Source of the DNA: an uncultured Halobacteriales archaeon
GTDB lineage: Archaea; Halobacteriota; Halobacteria; Halobacteriales; CAZPIG01
Assembly (NCBI GenBank): GCA_964586205.1
Contig: CAZPIG010000002.1
Coordinates: 10,658-59,436, forward strand
Reading direction: 5' to 3'
DNA length: 48,779 nt
Shown here: one piece after another, positions 8,269-17,957 of the stretch
How the letters are laid out: each line of letters begins with the position of its first letter
How positions within the stretch are numbered: the first letter of the stretch is position 1
Made by a program: the position numbers and the translations under genes
Notes under the pieces: model-generated
What the model saw: the letters and a program-made list of their open reading frames with translations, nothing else
Told to the model about the DNA's origin: nothing
The model's database searches: none

Positions 8269-9615
8269 TCACGCGTGAAACGCGTTCATGCAGTTGTACA
8301 GCCCCCGCTCGTACACGTCGGGCTCCTTGCGCACGCCGATGTGAGAGCCTATCTTCGCGTCCGCCCAGTACGCTCGCTCGGGGCCCTCGAGTATCCACCG
8401 CAGCAGCCGCGGGTCCACGTTCAGCCGCACGTACGGCTCCATCGCGTCGAGATTCGGATTCTCCACGTACTCGTAGCCGCTCCCGTCGAGCGAGAGCTTC
8501 ACCTCCACCCCGCGCCGGAGCGGCACGAGCACGGTCGTCTCCGACTCGAACCCCACCCGCTGGCGCTTGTCCTCGAGGTGCTCGTAGGCCGCGGGGACGT
8601 AGGACTGCAGGTCCGCCAAATCGGGCAGCGGCTCGCTCTCGTAGTCGAAGGTCCGGTCGGCCAGCACCTCGCGGATATAGCGCTGCTTCGCGGCCGGGTC
8701 TGCCGGCCGGAACTCCATCGACGGCTCGCCAGCGTCGAGGTCGAGGTACTCCCCGGAGTTCAGGAATACGCAGGTGTACTCGTCGGGTGCGTGCTCGTCG
8801 AACCACTCCGCCGCGGCCTCGCGCGGGGGGTTGGCGGTGAACTCGTTCAGGTGCGACAGCGACCCGGCGAGCGTGTACTCCCCGGCGAACGGCACGTAGA
8901 AGTCGGGCTCGAAGAGGTCGAGGAACTGCAGGGCGGTCCGGTGCTTCTCCAAGGCGACCTCGCGCGCGGCCTCGCGCTTCTCCGCCGGCGCGTAGTCCTC
9001 CATCGCCTGGGGGTAGAACTGCGCGGCGCTGTACTGGTGGGCCAGCAGGTCCACGTGGCCGTACCGCCGCTTGACCTCGCGGCAGGTGTCCTCGGCTATC
9101 GGATAGGGGCAGTCGTTGGTGTCGACGACGGTGTGGTCGCCGTCGTCGAAGACGGCCATCGAGTCCACCTGGGTCGAACCGGCCTCGCCGGCCTCGTCGT
9201 CGTACCACGTGCAGCCGAAGAAGTTCCCGCAGACCTCCGGGTCGCAGCCGTCGGCCGCGAGGACCGCGACGTGGAGGTCGCCGGCGAGGTGGACCGGCTC
9301 GCCGTGGGGTAGCTCCCACACCTCGTAGCCGAGGGCCTCGATGGACTCCCGGAGGTAGTCCCACCGGTAGTCGTGTATCAGCACCGGCGCGTCGGCGTCC
9401 ATCCGGCGGAGGGTGCGCTCGTCGTAGTGGTCCGGGTGGACGTGGGAGACGTAGATGTAGTCCACGTCCGAGAAGTCCTCCGGCTCGAACGGGAGCGGCG
9501 GGTAGTGGCACCACGACCCGAAGTAGGCCCCGTCCACGAGCCACGGGTCGCACAGCACCGTCGCGTCCTCCGTCTCGATGGTGATAGCCGCGGACGCGAG
9601 ATAGCGGACGCGCAT
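8269..9615 (-). CDS. MBL-fold metallo-hydrolase
   Basis: N-terminal beta-lactamase fold with YVSHVHPDHYD (HxHxDH motif). 448 aa, acidic. Confidence 0.8.
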   Translation of the reverse strand: MRVRYLASAAITIETEDATVLCDPWLVDGAYFGSWCHYPPLPFEPEDFSDVDYIYVSHVHPDHYDERTLRRMDADAPVLIHDYRWDYLRESIEALGYEVWELPHGEPVHLAGDLHVAVLAADGCDPEVCGNFFGCTWYDDEAGEAGSTQVDSMAVFDDGDHTVVDTNDCPYPIAEDTCREVKRRYGHVDLLAHQYSAAQFYPQAMEDYAPAEKREAAREVALEKHRTALQFLDLFEPDFYVPFAGEYTLAGSLSHLNEFTANPPREAAAEWFDEHAPDEYTCVFLNSGEYLDLDAGEPSMEFRPADPAAKQRYIREVLADRTFDYESEPLPDLADLQSYVPAAYEHLEDKRQRVGFESETTVLVPLRRGVEVKLSLDGSGYEYVENPNLDAMEPYVRLNVDPRLLRWILEGPERAYWADAKIGSHIGVRKEPDVYERGLYNCMNAFHA

Positions 9616-9788
9616 GTGGCCGTCTGTGGCAGAGAGAAGCGCATAGTAATCGTGCGTTTACCGGGGGTAAGCGGACGTTTGCTTGCGGTTGCGTTAATAC
9701 GGTACTGGAAATCCACCTGTCACGTACGTCGTGTCCATCTGTCACGTACGTCGTATCTACTCCACCACACCACGGTCCGAGGGGCCGC

Positions 9789-10622
9789 CTACGCACCCGA
9801 CTCCACGGGTCCGCCGACGGCCTCCCACTCCGTCAGGCTGCCCTCGTAGAACGCCACGTCCTCGTAGCCGAGGTGCCGCAGAACGAGGTAGGTGTGGCTG
9901 ATGCGTCGCGCGGTGTTGCAGTAGAGCACCACCCGCCGGTCGGGCGCGATGCCGTGGTCGGCGAGGATGGACTCCAACTCGGCCCGCGGCTTCAGCCCGC
10001 GGCTCTCCTCGTCGACGAGGTCGCGCCAGTCTATCTGGACCGCGCCGGGGATGTGGCCCTCCTCGTACTCCCACGGCTCGCGGGTGTCCACGAGGACCGC
10101 GTCCGACTCGATGGCCTCCTCGACGGCCTCGCGGGGCACGAGAGGGGATTCGGTCGCCCGCTCTGCGGCGTAGTCGGTCGGCTCCGGGTCGACGCCGCCC
10201 CGGTCGCTCGGGTGCTCGCGGGTCCACGCGCTGAAGTCGCCGTCGAGCAGGCGCACGTCCTCGTGACCGTACGCCAGCGCGGTGACGACGAACCGGGCGG
10301 CGAAGACGCCGTGGGTGTCGTCGTAGGCGACGACGGTGTCGTCCCGGGCGACGCCCGCCTTCGACATGAGGTCCGCGAAGACCTCCGCGCCGGGGAGCAT
10401 CCCCTCGTCGCCGTCCTCGCTGCGGAACGAGTCGAAGGGGACGTTCGCCGCGCCGGGGACGTGGCCGATGCCCTCGTACTCCCACTCGTCGCGCACGTCC
10501 ACGACCGACACGCCCGGCTGCCCGAGGCGGTCGGCCAGCCAGTCCCTGGAGACGACGACGCTCGCGGTGTCGTCGCCGGTCGTCGCCCCGTCGCCGGTCG
10601 GCCCGTCGTCGCCGGTCATCAC
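9789..10622 (-). CDS. Two-domain rhodanese sulfurtransferase
   Basis: Tandem rhodanese domains. Active-site loop YCNTARRIS. C-terminal YEGSLTEWE. Confidence 0.85.
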   Translation of the reverse strand: MMTGDDGPTGDGATTGDDTASVVVSRDWLADRLGQPGVSVVDVRDEWEYEGIGHVPGAANVPFDSFRSEDGDEGMLPGAEVFADLMSKAGVARDDTVVAYDDTHGVFAARFVVTALAYGHEDVRLLDGDFSAWTREHPSDRGGVDPEPTDYAAERATESPLVPREAVEEAIESDAVLVDTREPWEYEEGHIPGAVQIDWRDLVDEESRGLKPRAELESILADHGIAPDRRVVLYCNTARRISHTYLVLRHLGYEDVAFYEGSLTEWEAVGGPVESGA

Positions 10623-10884
10623 CGCGAGCTTGGGGCCGCAGCCGCTTCAGCGGCGGGGTCGTGGCGGCCGCCGCCGCGGGTCGCAGATAGCGGCAATAGT
10701 TGCCTCTTCGGGGGTAGCCACCGCGACGGTCCCGCCCGGCGGGCCGTGCGCGGCGTCCGTGCGGGCGGACCGGGACCGGTAACCGGGGGAGAGAACCGGC
10801 AATTTTTTCCGAATGTCACGAGGTAGGGTCGTTTTTGGCCGGGACTGAGGGGGTTATACGGCGCGGGGACCTTCCTACGCCTGC

Positions 10885-11748
10885 ATGAGCGACTCCGATT
10901 ACGCCAACGACGTGCTCGTATCGGCCGACTGGGTGGAGGAGCGACTGGACGAGTTCGGGAGCGACGACCCCGGACTCCGGCTGGTCGAGGTCGACGTGGA
11001 CACCGAGGCCTACGAGGAGGCCCACGCGCCCGGTGCCATCGGCTTCAACTGGGAGACCCAGCTACGGGACGACACCCGGCGCGACATCCTGAGCAAGGAG
11101 GACTTCGCGGACCTGCTGGGCAGCCACGGCATCAGCGAGGACTCGACGGTCGTGCTGTACGGCGACAACTCCAACTGGTTCGCCGCCTACACCTACTGGC
11201 AGTTCAAGTACTACGGCCACGAGGACGTGCGCCTGCTCGACGGCGGCCGCGACTACTGGCTCGACGAGGACTACCCGACGACGGACGAGGTCCCGGACTT
11301 CTCGGCCGTCGACTACGAGGCGCGCGGGCCGTTCGAGGGCATCCGGGCGTACAAGGAGGACGTCGAGCAGGCCATCGAGCGCGGCCTGCCGCTGGTCGAC
11401 GTCCGCAGCCCCGAGGAGTTCCGCGGCGAGATACTCGCGCCGCCGGGGCTCCAGGAGACGGCCCAGGTCGGCGGTCACATCCCGGGCGCGCGGAACATCT
11501 CGTGGGCCGACACCGTCAACGACGACGGGCGGTTCAAGAGCTACGACGAGCTGCGCGAGCTGTACGAGAGCGACGGCGTCACCGACGACCAGGCGGTCGT
11601 CGCGTACTGCCGCATCGGCGAGCGCTCGTCCATCGCGTGGTTCGCGCTCTCGGAGCTGCTGGGCTACGACAACGTCACCAACTACGACGGCTCGTGGACC
11701 GAGTGGGGCAACCTCGTCGGGTCACCGGTGGCGACGGGCGACGAGTAG
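10885..11748 (+). CDS. Two-domain rhodanese (thiosulfate/3-mercaptopyruvate) sulfurtransferase
   Basis: Active-site loop YCRIGERSS and YDGSWTEWGN. Paralog of the divergently transcribed 9789..10622. Confidence 0.9.
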   Translation: MSDSDYANDVLVSADWVEERLDEFGSDDPGLRLVEVDVDTEAYEEAHAPGAIGFNWETQLRDDTRRDILSKEDFADLLGSHGISEDSTVVLYGDNSNWFAAYTYWQFKYYGHEDVRLLDGGRDYWLDEDYPTTDEVPDFSAVDYEARGPFEGIRAYKEDVEQAIERGLPLVDVRSPEEFRGEILAPPGLQETAQVGGHIPGARNISWADTVNDDGRFKSYDELRELYESDGVTDDQAVVAYCRIGERSSIAWFALSELLGYDNVTNYDGSWTEWGNLVGSPVATGDE

Positions 11749-12121
11749 GGGTCGTCACCGAAATACTAGTTTTCCGCTCGCAGTACCTTTTCCATGAGGA
11801 CTAGTTTTGCGGGGAGACAATAATGATTTCCCGGTTATTTACTCTAACGGAACAGACATCAATGGAACTTTGATACTATCCGGAGAGGCAGTAATCATTT
11901 AAGTATGACTAGCGACAATACAAGTAAATGAAGGGAGGGGCGCTTTGGTGTCCTAGCTGTTCTCGTTGGTTCAAACTGGTTCAGCTTTGCCCTCCCCGTT
12001 CTTGCGCAGCTAATCACGTTGAGCGTGCTGACCACCGTCGACCAGGCAGTAAAGTTTTCAAAACGACAACGGTGCTAATCAGTATCTTCACCGGGAACAA
12101 TCGGTTACCCCAGTAACAACA

Positions 12122-13213
12122 ATGACAAAGGACGAACATTCGGAAGACACCTCAAACAGCCGCACAATTCCGAAAGAGGTTCAGGATATATCGACGGAAG
12201 AAATAATCGAAAATGAGTATGACGTCCCTCTGATGTCGAAGGACGGGGCCTCAAAATCGGAACCAAAAACAGGTACAAAACATCTACCAGCACCCTCCCC
12301 TCCAGGGAGGACGGTATATGACGACAGTATTGAAGCCTCCACAGAAGACCTTGGGGGAGACAAAACAGGCTATAATTTCAGTGCGGGACACGAGATGTCG
12401 TCGGCAACCACTGTCGGAAAACCAGACGATCCCCACTACGACGAGAAACTGCAAAGAATGAATGATGGTCGTCATCGTTCGGAGGGAACCCTCAGCCATC
12501 GACAAAGTCGATGGGACAAGAAACGGATCACTCAGGCGATCTGTTCGGACCTTCCAATCTCAAGACGACAGAAGGAGAAAGTCGTTCACTCAATGGAACA
12601 GTTGGATCTTGATCGATTTGGCCATCAAAAAGCCATTGAGCGAGTCTGCCTTGGCACGGTTGCGGTTATTGTAAATCAAGAGCGTGTGGACTTGGCCGGC
12701 GATGAAGATGTTACTCTAATTTCATGGGAGGAGGAATTTCAGACCCTCTGTGATAAATATGGAGTCTCCATGAGCGATCTAACGACTGTTAAGGACATTG
12801 TTCGCGAGGAACTTAATAATGAACCGCCGGAACCTTCCAATACAGGGATTAGACGAGACCCAAACCTACCGGAACCAGACCCGGCAGAGAAACCGGATGA
12901 ATACTGGCAACGCAAGGGTTCCGGGTACTGGGTGAGGCTAGCTAAAACATGGAGTTTTCGGGATGACAATCTTAAAGAAGCTATCCCCGACGAGAAACAA
13001 AAGATAATTGATCTTTTGAGAAGATGGAAGCCATGGGAACAATCAGAGCAACAGTCAAACAAGGAGTGGGACGAAGACGAGTCTATTCAGGCCCCTGAAA
13101 CATCTCCAAAAGTAGAACCTAAACCCACGGAATTGCAAGATGTTACCGTTGAAGATGAAATTGAGGCAGCAGTGGTAGAGTTGGTGGAGGAGTTACGAGA
13201 AGGTGAAGAGTAG
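12122..13213 (+). CDS. Orphan acidic protein (363 aa) in AT-rich island
   Basis: The only long ORF in the low-GC patch at about 11760-13700, with a clean ATG. The ends are acidic and low-complexity. The central segment RITQAICSDLPISRRQKEKVVHSMEQLDLDRFGHQKAIERVCLGTVAVIVNQER...DKYGVSMSDLTTVKDIVREEL loosely resembles a TFB/cyclin-box repeat (unverified). Confidence 0.65.
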   Translation: MTKDEHSEDTSNSRTIPKEVQDISTEEIIENEYDVPLMSKDGASKSEPKTGTKHLPAPSPPGRTVYDDSIEASTEDLGGDKTGYNFSAGHEMSSATTVGKPDDPHYDEKLQRMNDGRHRSEGTLSHRQSRWDKKRITQAICSDLPISRRQKEKVVHSMEQLDLDRFGHQKAIERVCLGTVAVIVNQERVDLAGDEDVTLISWEEEFQTLCDKYGVSMSDLTTVKDIVREELNNEPPEPSNTGIRRDPNLPEPDPAEKPDEYWQRKGSGYWVRLAKTWSFRDDNLKEAIPDEKQKIIDLLRRWKPWEQSEQQSNKEWDEDESIQAPETSPKVEPKPTELQDVTVEDEIEAAVVELVEELREGEE

Positions 13214-13327
13214 TCCAATCTTCCAACGTGAAGACTTTATCTGAATAGTAGGAGGCTAATATAGAAACACTGGCCTCCACGTAAACGACAGTCAGCGATC
13301 CTTCGAAACTACCATCGTGAGGTACCC

Positions 13328-13660
13328 TTGAACCGTGACCCTTATGGCCGTCATTCAAAACGGCGGCCAGAGGCGTCTGAACCTATATTAATATTTCAGA
13401 ATTCGTTAGAGTTCCAAATCGCAGCCAGGGGCGCACTATCTCTGATTGGTGGGTGCTTTGTCCTTTGCGCTGTTCTACTGTTTTTCGCTGGTTTCCATTT
13501 TGCAACACCCGTATCATATGCCGGCGTTGCGATTGGCCTGTTCGCGAACGCATTCCCTCGTCAACTGTCGGTTTCCGTCACTATTTTGTCGATGGTTAAA
13601 TTCGAATCTGATTTCAGAATATCTATTTCAATCGAGGTTAGTTTATCTTGTGACCAATAA
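13328..13660 (+). CDS. Possible small 2-TM membrane protein (TTG start; weak)
   Basis: Two hydrophobic stretches (ALSLIGGCFVLCAVLLFFAGF, VSYAGVAIGLFANAF). There is no ATG start, and it lies in AT-rich DNA where chance ORFs are rarer than in the GC-rich backbone. Confidence 0.25.
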   Translation: MNRDPYGRHSKRRPEASEPILIFQNSLEFQIAARGALSLIGGCFVLCAVLLFFAGFHFATPVSYAGVAIGLFANAFPRQLSVSVTILSMVKFESDFRISISIEVSLSCDQ

Positions 13661-13740
13661 TTTGGCAATGAATTCATTGACCACAGTATGGGACGACACA
13701 ATTTCCCAGCCAAATGAACGACATCCCGCCCGCCGTCCCG

Positions 13741-13752
13741 CCCCCCCCCCCC
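13741..13752. repeat. C12 homopolymer tract
   Basis: Direct reading: g at 13740, then twelve c, then gag. It sits at the boundary between the AT-rich island and the GC-rich backbone. Confidence 0.9.
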
Positions 13753-13930
13753 GAGTCTTCGGACAGACAGCGCCACGAGGATTCGTCTTCGGGAACAAGC
13801 AGCTCTTCCATAGCCCCCGATTGGTCCACAGCTCGCCGCGTGGGCCGTGGAGCGATTCGCCGACGACCGTCGGTAGCCCCGCCCAGTGGACCGACCGCCA
13901 ACCACCTCCACGGCCACCGACGCCCCCCAC

Positions 13931-15640
13931 CTACCCGGCCACCAGCGACGCTATCGCCGGCGTCAGGAACGCCTCGACGAACGCAGCGACCACGAACACC
14001 GGGGCGAGCCCCACCAGCACGCGGAACGCACGGCGGAGGACCCCCGCTAGCTCGTCCGCGGACCGCCGCCCGCGCGCGAACCGCCAGCCCTCGCCCCCGA
14101 GGTGGAGCCCGAGCGCCCCCGAGACCGCCAGCGCCGGGAACTCGACGACGCCGTGGGGCGCGACCAGCGCGGTCAGCAGCAGGGGGTCGTACCCCAGCCC
14201 GGCCACCGCGCCGACCACCACGCCGTTGAACAGCAGCGCCGCCACGGTCGGCACGCCGGCAGCCAGCCCGGCGAAGCTGGTGGTAGCAGCCACCGACCAG
14301 TTGTTGACCGCGAGGGCGACGAACACGTCCACCGGGAACGACCCGAACGTCGCCGCCACGGGCCCGGTGCGGACCACGACGAACTCGAAGGGGGCCGTCA
14401 CCCGCCACCCGGCGACGCCGCCGAGCGCGAACAGCGCGGCGGCGACGGCGACGAGCGCCGGCGCGTCGCGGACGAACGCCCCGAGTTCGCCCACGCCGCG
14501 ACCGAGGGCGACCCGGAGGCGGGCGAGCGCGTCCGGACTGTCCGTCGAATCCACGTCGCCGTTCGACGGGTCCGCACCGCCGTCCGGGACGACCACGGTG
14601 GCGTCAGCGACGGACGCGCCGGCGTCCGCCTCCCCGTCGGCGAGGGGGACGCCGCGCTCGCCGGCGTCCGGACCGGGCCACTGGCTGCCGTCGCCGGCCG
14701 CGTCCTCGACGCTATCTGCGGCCACGGCCTCGCGCTCGACAGCCCCGACTTCCGCGTCCTCGACCCCGGCCCCGTCGTTGTCGAGGTAGATGCCGGTCTT
14801 CACGAGGTCGAGCACGGGGAGCGCGAGGAACCAGACCACCGGACCGACCAGCTGGGAAACCGAGAGGGCGACGAACAGCCCCGCCGCAGCCCCGACGACG
14901 CCGACCACCCCCGCGGCGACGACCCCGTAGAGGAGGGTGGTGGCTGGCTCGTCGGCGACGAACCGCAGGCTCGCCCGGGCCGCGGCCACGGGCCCGACCC
15001 CATCGACGACGACCGCCTGCGGGGCGAACATGAACGCGAGGTAGATACCCGCGAGCGGGACCAGCGCGACCAGCGCGGCGAGCGCACCGACGGCCGGGCC
15101 GCCCGCGAGGCCGGCGACCTGCACCGCGGCGACGACGACCACGACCGCGGCGACCCGGAGGGCCGCGACGACGACCAGCGTCGGCCCGTCGTCGCGCAGG
15201 CCGGCCGCGCCGGCCCGGACGGCCCCGTCCTCGCCCGCGAGGCAGACCCGGACCGCGTGGAGCTTCCCTGCGTTGGCCACCGCCGTGGCGGCTAGCTGGA
15301 GCACGAGCAGGCCGAGCAGCCCGGCCCCGAGGACGGCGACGGCGTCGGGGGCGACGAGGTGCGTCGTCGCGAGGTCGGCCAACTGCTCTGCTGACAGTCC
15401 CTCGACGACGTTCCCGGGCGCGGTCGCGTCGGGGTGGAGCTCGCGGCCGGCGAGGGCGTCCCGGAAGGCGGCGAGCCCGCCGTCCCGGGCCAGCAGCAGG
15501 TACGCCGCGGCTCCGGCCGCGAGGAGGCTCACGCGGGCGACCTGCACGGTTCCGGCCCCGACGAAGTACAGCGGCAGCAGGTCCGCCGGGCGGTCCACCA
15601 GCGCGTCGTACGCGGCGCGGACCGCGTCGTCTACGTTCAT
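13931..15640 (-). CDS. Polytopic membrane protein with C-terminal SpoIIM (stage II sporulation protein M)-like domain
   Basis: Start MNVDDAVRAAYDAL at 15640 inside ORF 13931..16198. Many TM segments and a central acidic loop. The C-terminal FVALAVNNWSVAATTSFAGLAAGVPTVAALLFNGVVVGAVAG...APHGVVEFPA is typical of the SpoIIM/DUF95 family. Confidence 0.75.
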   Translation of the reverse strand: MNVDDAVRAAYDALVDRPADLLPLYFVGAGTVQVARVSLLAAGAAAYLLLARDGGLAAFRDALAGRELHPDATAPGNVVEGLSAEQLADLATTHLVAPDAVAVLGAGLLGLLVLQLAATAVANAGKLHAVRVCLAGEDGAVRAGAAGLRDDGPTLVVVAALRVAAVVVVVAAVQVAGLAGGPAVGALAALVALVPLAGIYLAFMFAPQAVVVDGVGPVAAARASLRFVADEPATTLLYGVVAAGVVGVVGAAAGLFVALSVSQLVGPVVWFLALPVLDLVKTGIYLDNDGAGVEDAEVGAVEREAVAADSVEDAAGDGSQWPGPDAGERGVPLADGEADAGASVADATVVVPDGGADPSNGDVDSTDSPDALARLRVALGRGVGELGAFVRDAPALVAVAAALFALGGVAGWRVTAPFEFVVVRTGPVAATFGSFPVDVFVALAVNNWSVAATTSFAGLAAGVPTVAALLFNGVVVGAVAGLGYDPLLLTALVAPHGVVEFPALAVSGALGLHLGGEGWRFARGRRSADELAGVLRRAFRVLVGLAPVFVVAAFVEAFLTPAIASLVAG

Positions 15641-15825
15641 CGCCCACCCGTAGCGACTCACCGACCACGACTGTTTTGTTTCACTCCCGTGGCGTCCACG
15701 CTGGCCCGTTCCGTGGTCCGAGCCAAGCGAGGGCCCGTGAGAAGTAAGCGCCCGTGCGAAGCGAGCGCCCGCGCACCAAAGAGGTCGGCGTGAGTTACAA
15801 GCCACCCCGGCCGTAACGATGGCAC

Positions 15826-16461
15826 ATGAACGCCGACGACCTGCTCGCCGCGGTGCGGTCGGACAACGAGACGGCGCTGTCGCGGCTGGGCTCCTCGAAG
15901 TCGCTGTACGCGGCCACCGGCGGGGAGATGGACGCGGACGCGGTGCTGGCGGCCGCCGCCGACGCCGAGCACGCCGCCAGCGAGACGTTCCGGGCGTGGG
16001 CCGACGGCACTTCGAGCGATACGGACGAAGCCGCCGCGGAGGTCTTCGCCGCGACCGCCGACGAGGAGGAAGCCCACTACGAGACCGTCGCCGCGGAGCT
16101 GGACGACCACGAGCCCGGCGCGGTGCCGGCCCTCCAGGCCCACCTCCGGGGGCTGGACGACACCGTCGAGCGCGCGGGCGGCCTGCTCGGCCGGACACTC
16201 GCGGCCGGCAAGTCGAAGGAGCAGACCACGGGCTTCTTCGTGGGCCAGGCCGACCCGCAAACGGCGGACCTGTTCCGGGACCTCCGCGCGGACGTGGACG
16301 ACCAGCGCGAGCGGGCGCTGGAGCTGTTGGAAGCAGTCTGCGAGGACGACGCGGACTGGGAGCGGGCGCGGGAAGCGGCGACGGCCGCGATTCAGGCTGC
16401 GTACGAGGAGTACACCGAGTCGCTGGAGGCGATGGGCGTCAATCCGAAGCCCGTGTGTTGA
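15826..16461 (+). CDS. Ferritin-like / rubrerythrin-family acidic protein
   Basis: 211 aa, helical, with paired E...EExH-like segments (DAEHAASETF, DEEEAHYETV). The family assignment is from memory of haloarchaeal annotations. Confidence 0.6.
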   Translation: MNADDLLAAVRSDNETALSRLGSSKSLYAATGGEMDADAVLAAAADAEHAASETFRAWADGTSSDTDEAAAEVFAATADEEEAHYETVAAELDDHEPGAVPALQAHLRGLDDTVERAGGLLGRTLAAGKSKEQTTGFFVGQADPQTADLFRDLRADVDDQRERALELLEAVCEDDADWERAREAATAAIQAAYEEYTESLEAMGVNPKPVC

Positions 16462-16512
16462 CGGAGAGGATTCGGAGCAATAGGCCCGAACTGTCCGATT
16501 GAACAGCCCGTC

Positions 16513-17853
16513 CTACGCCGACTCGCTTCCGTCCAGCGCGTACACCGTCCCGCCGACGGCGACGAGCGCGAGGTCGCCGGCGGCCGCCACGTCCGCGAAC
16601 TCGCTCGCCGGTGCGGATTCGTTCGCCGGCGAAGACTCGTTGGTCAACGCGAACTCCCAGCGCTTCTCGCCGGTCGCCGGGTCCAGTGCCCAGAGCCGCC
16701 GGTCCGTGCTCGCGAAGACGGTGCTCGACGCGGAGCCGGTGTTCGAACCAGAGCCGATACTCGAAGAGACGACGTCGACGTGGCCCTCGACGTCGGGCGC
16801 GAACGACCACTGCCGCTCCCCGGAGGCGGGGTCGACCGCGTGGACCCCCGCACCGGTCACGAAGAGTCGCTCGCCGGTCCGCTGGACCGTCGGCATGAAC
16901 TGGTCGGTGTCGAACGAGAGCGTCCACCGGGTCGCGCCGTCCGACGGGTCCAGGGCGAGCAGGCGACCGTCGAAGTCGCCGACGAGAACTGTCTCGCTGG
17001 CGTCCGTGTCGTCCTGTGTCGCGGCCCCCGGCGTCGGTACTACGGAGACGCTGGGGTCGAAGCCGCGTCGCCAGCGTTCGCTTCCGTCGGTCACCGCCAG
17101 CGCTCGCACCGTGTCGCGGGCTTCGGCGAACACGCGGTCGGCTCCGTCGTCGTATCCGACGCTCTCGGCGTGCTCCTGCCACCGCTCGTCGCCATCTGTG
17201 GCGTCGAGGGCCAGCACGCGGTCGCCGAACGTCTGGACGACCAGCGCGTCGTGGCGCGGGGCAGTTCCAGCCCGGAGGACGTCTCCCGTTTCGGCCCGCC
17301 AGCGCTCCGTCCCGTCGGCGGCGTCGAGCGCGTACACGTACTCGCCATCGTCGCCGAGTTGGTCGTCGCGCCGCCCGACGAAGACCCATTTCTCGGTCGC
17401 CCCGACCGGATAGAGGACCCGACCGTCGTCGCCGTCGAACCCCCAGACGCGCTCGCCGGCGTCGTCGAGGGCGCGAATCTCCGAGGCCTCGCCGTGGAGG
17501 CCTTCGCGTCCGGTCGCGAAGACGAGTCGGGGTGCTCGCTGGGAGCCGGCGTGCATCGGGGCGGTCTGAACCGGGTTCGGGACGGGCGCGCGCCACCTCT
17601 CGCGGCCGTCCTGGAAGGCGAGCGCATGGAGGGCGTGGCTGGTATCGCTCGACCCGCGGTCGGTGGCGGCGCTCGCCGCGAAGACGGTTTCCGTCTTCTG
17701 GCCGCCGAGCGAGAGCACACCGAGTTCGACGGCGGGCAGGTCCCGGCTCCAGCGCGCGAACGCCGGGACGTCCGGGGACCCCGAGCGCAGGCCGACGCAG
17801 CCGGAAGTGACGGCGAAAGTGCTCGCGAGGACAGTTCGTCTGGTGGAGGGCAT
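16513..17853 (-). CDS. PQQ-like beta-propeller repeat lipoprotein
   Basis: Starts MPSTRRTVLASTFAVTSGC (Tat-lipobox). Has about 7 repeats of the type YALDAADGTERWRAE, LALDATDGDERWQE, LALDPSDGATRWTL, WALDPATGEKRWEF. Confidence 0.85.
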   Translation of the reverse strand: MPSTRRTVLASTFAVTSGCVGLRSGSPDVPAFARWSRDLPAVELGVLSLGGQKTETVFAASAATDRGSSDTSHALHALAFQDGRERWRAPVPNPVQTAPMHAGSQRAPRLVFATGREGLHGEASEIRALDDAGERVWGFDGDDGRVLYPVGATEKWVFVGRRDDQLGDDGEYVYALDAADGTERWRAETGDVLRAGTAPRHDALVVQTFGDRVLALDATDGDERWQEHAESVGYDDGADRVFAEARDTVRALAVTDGSERWRRGFDPSVSVVPTPGAATQDDTDASETVLVGDFDGRLLALDPSDGATRWTLSFDTDQFMPTVQRTGERLFVTGAGVHAVDPASGERQWSFAPDVEGHVDVVSSSIGSGSNTGSASSTVFASTDRRLWALDPATGEKRWEFALTNESSPANESAPASEFADVAAAGDLALVAVGGTVYALDGSESA

Positions 17854-17957
17854 CTACGAGAGGCTCGTGGCTGGACTGACAAGGGATTTGTGGCGAACCG
17901 ACGGTCGACGGATAGCTGTGGGGCCGGGAATAGCTGTGGAATCGGGTAACGAACGCG

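Noticed and set aside
8111-9796. 561-aa minus-strand ORF overlapping the MBL-fold gene in another frame
   Set aside because: The alternative frame 8269..9615 carries the HxHxDH motif and a normal composition. The 561-aa frame is Arg/Pro-rich.
11928-12116. 62-aa ORF with a CPSC...C pattern in the AT-rich island
   Set aside because: It is basic, has no second CxxC pair in proper zinc-ribbon spacing, and no promoter or SD context that I could see. This is too weak to call.
13446-14789. 447-aa plus-strand ORF crossing from the AT-rich island into the SpoIIM-like gene
   Set aside because: Most of it is antisense to the membrane-protein gene and is P/T/S/R-rich. Only the first roughly 70 nt lie in unique sequence.
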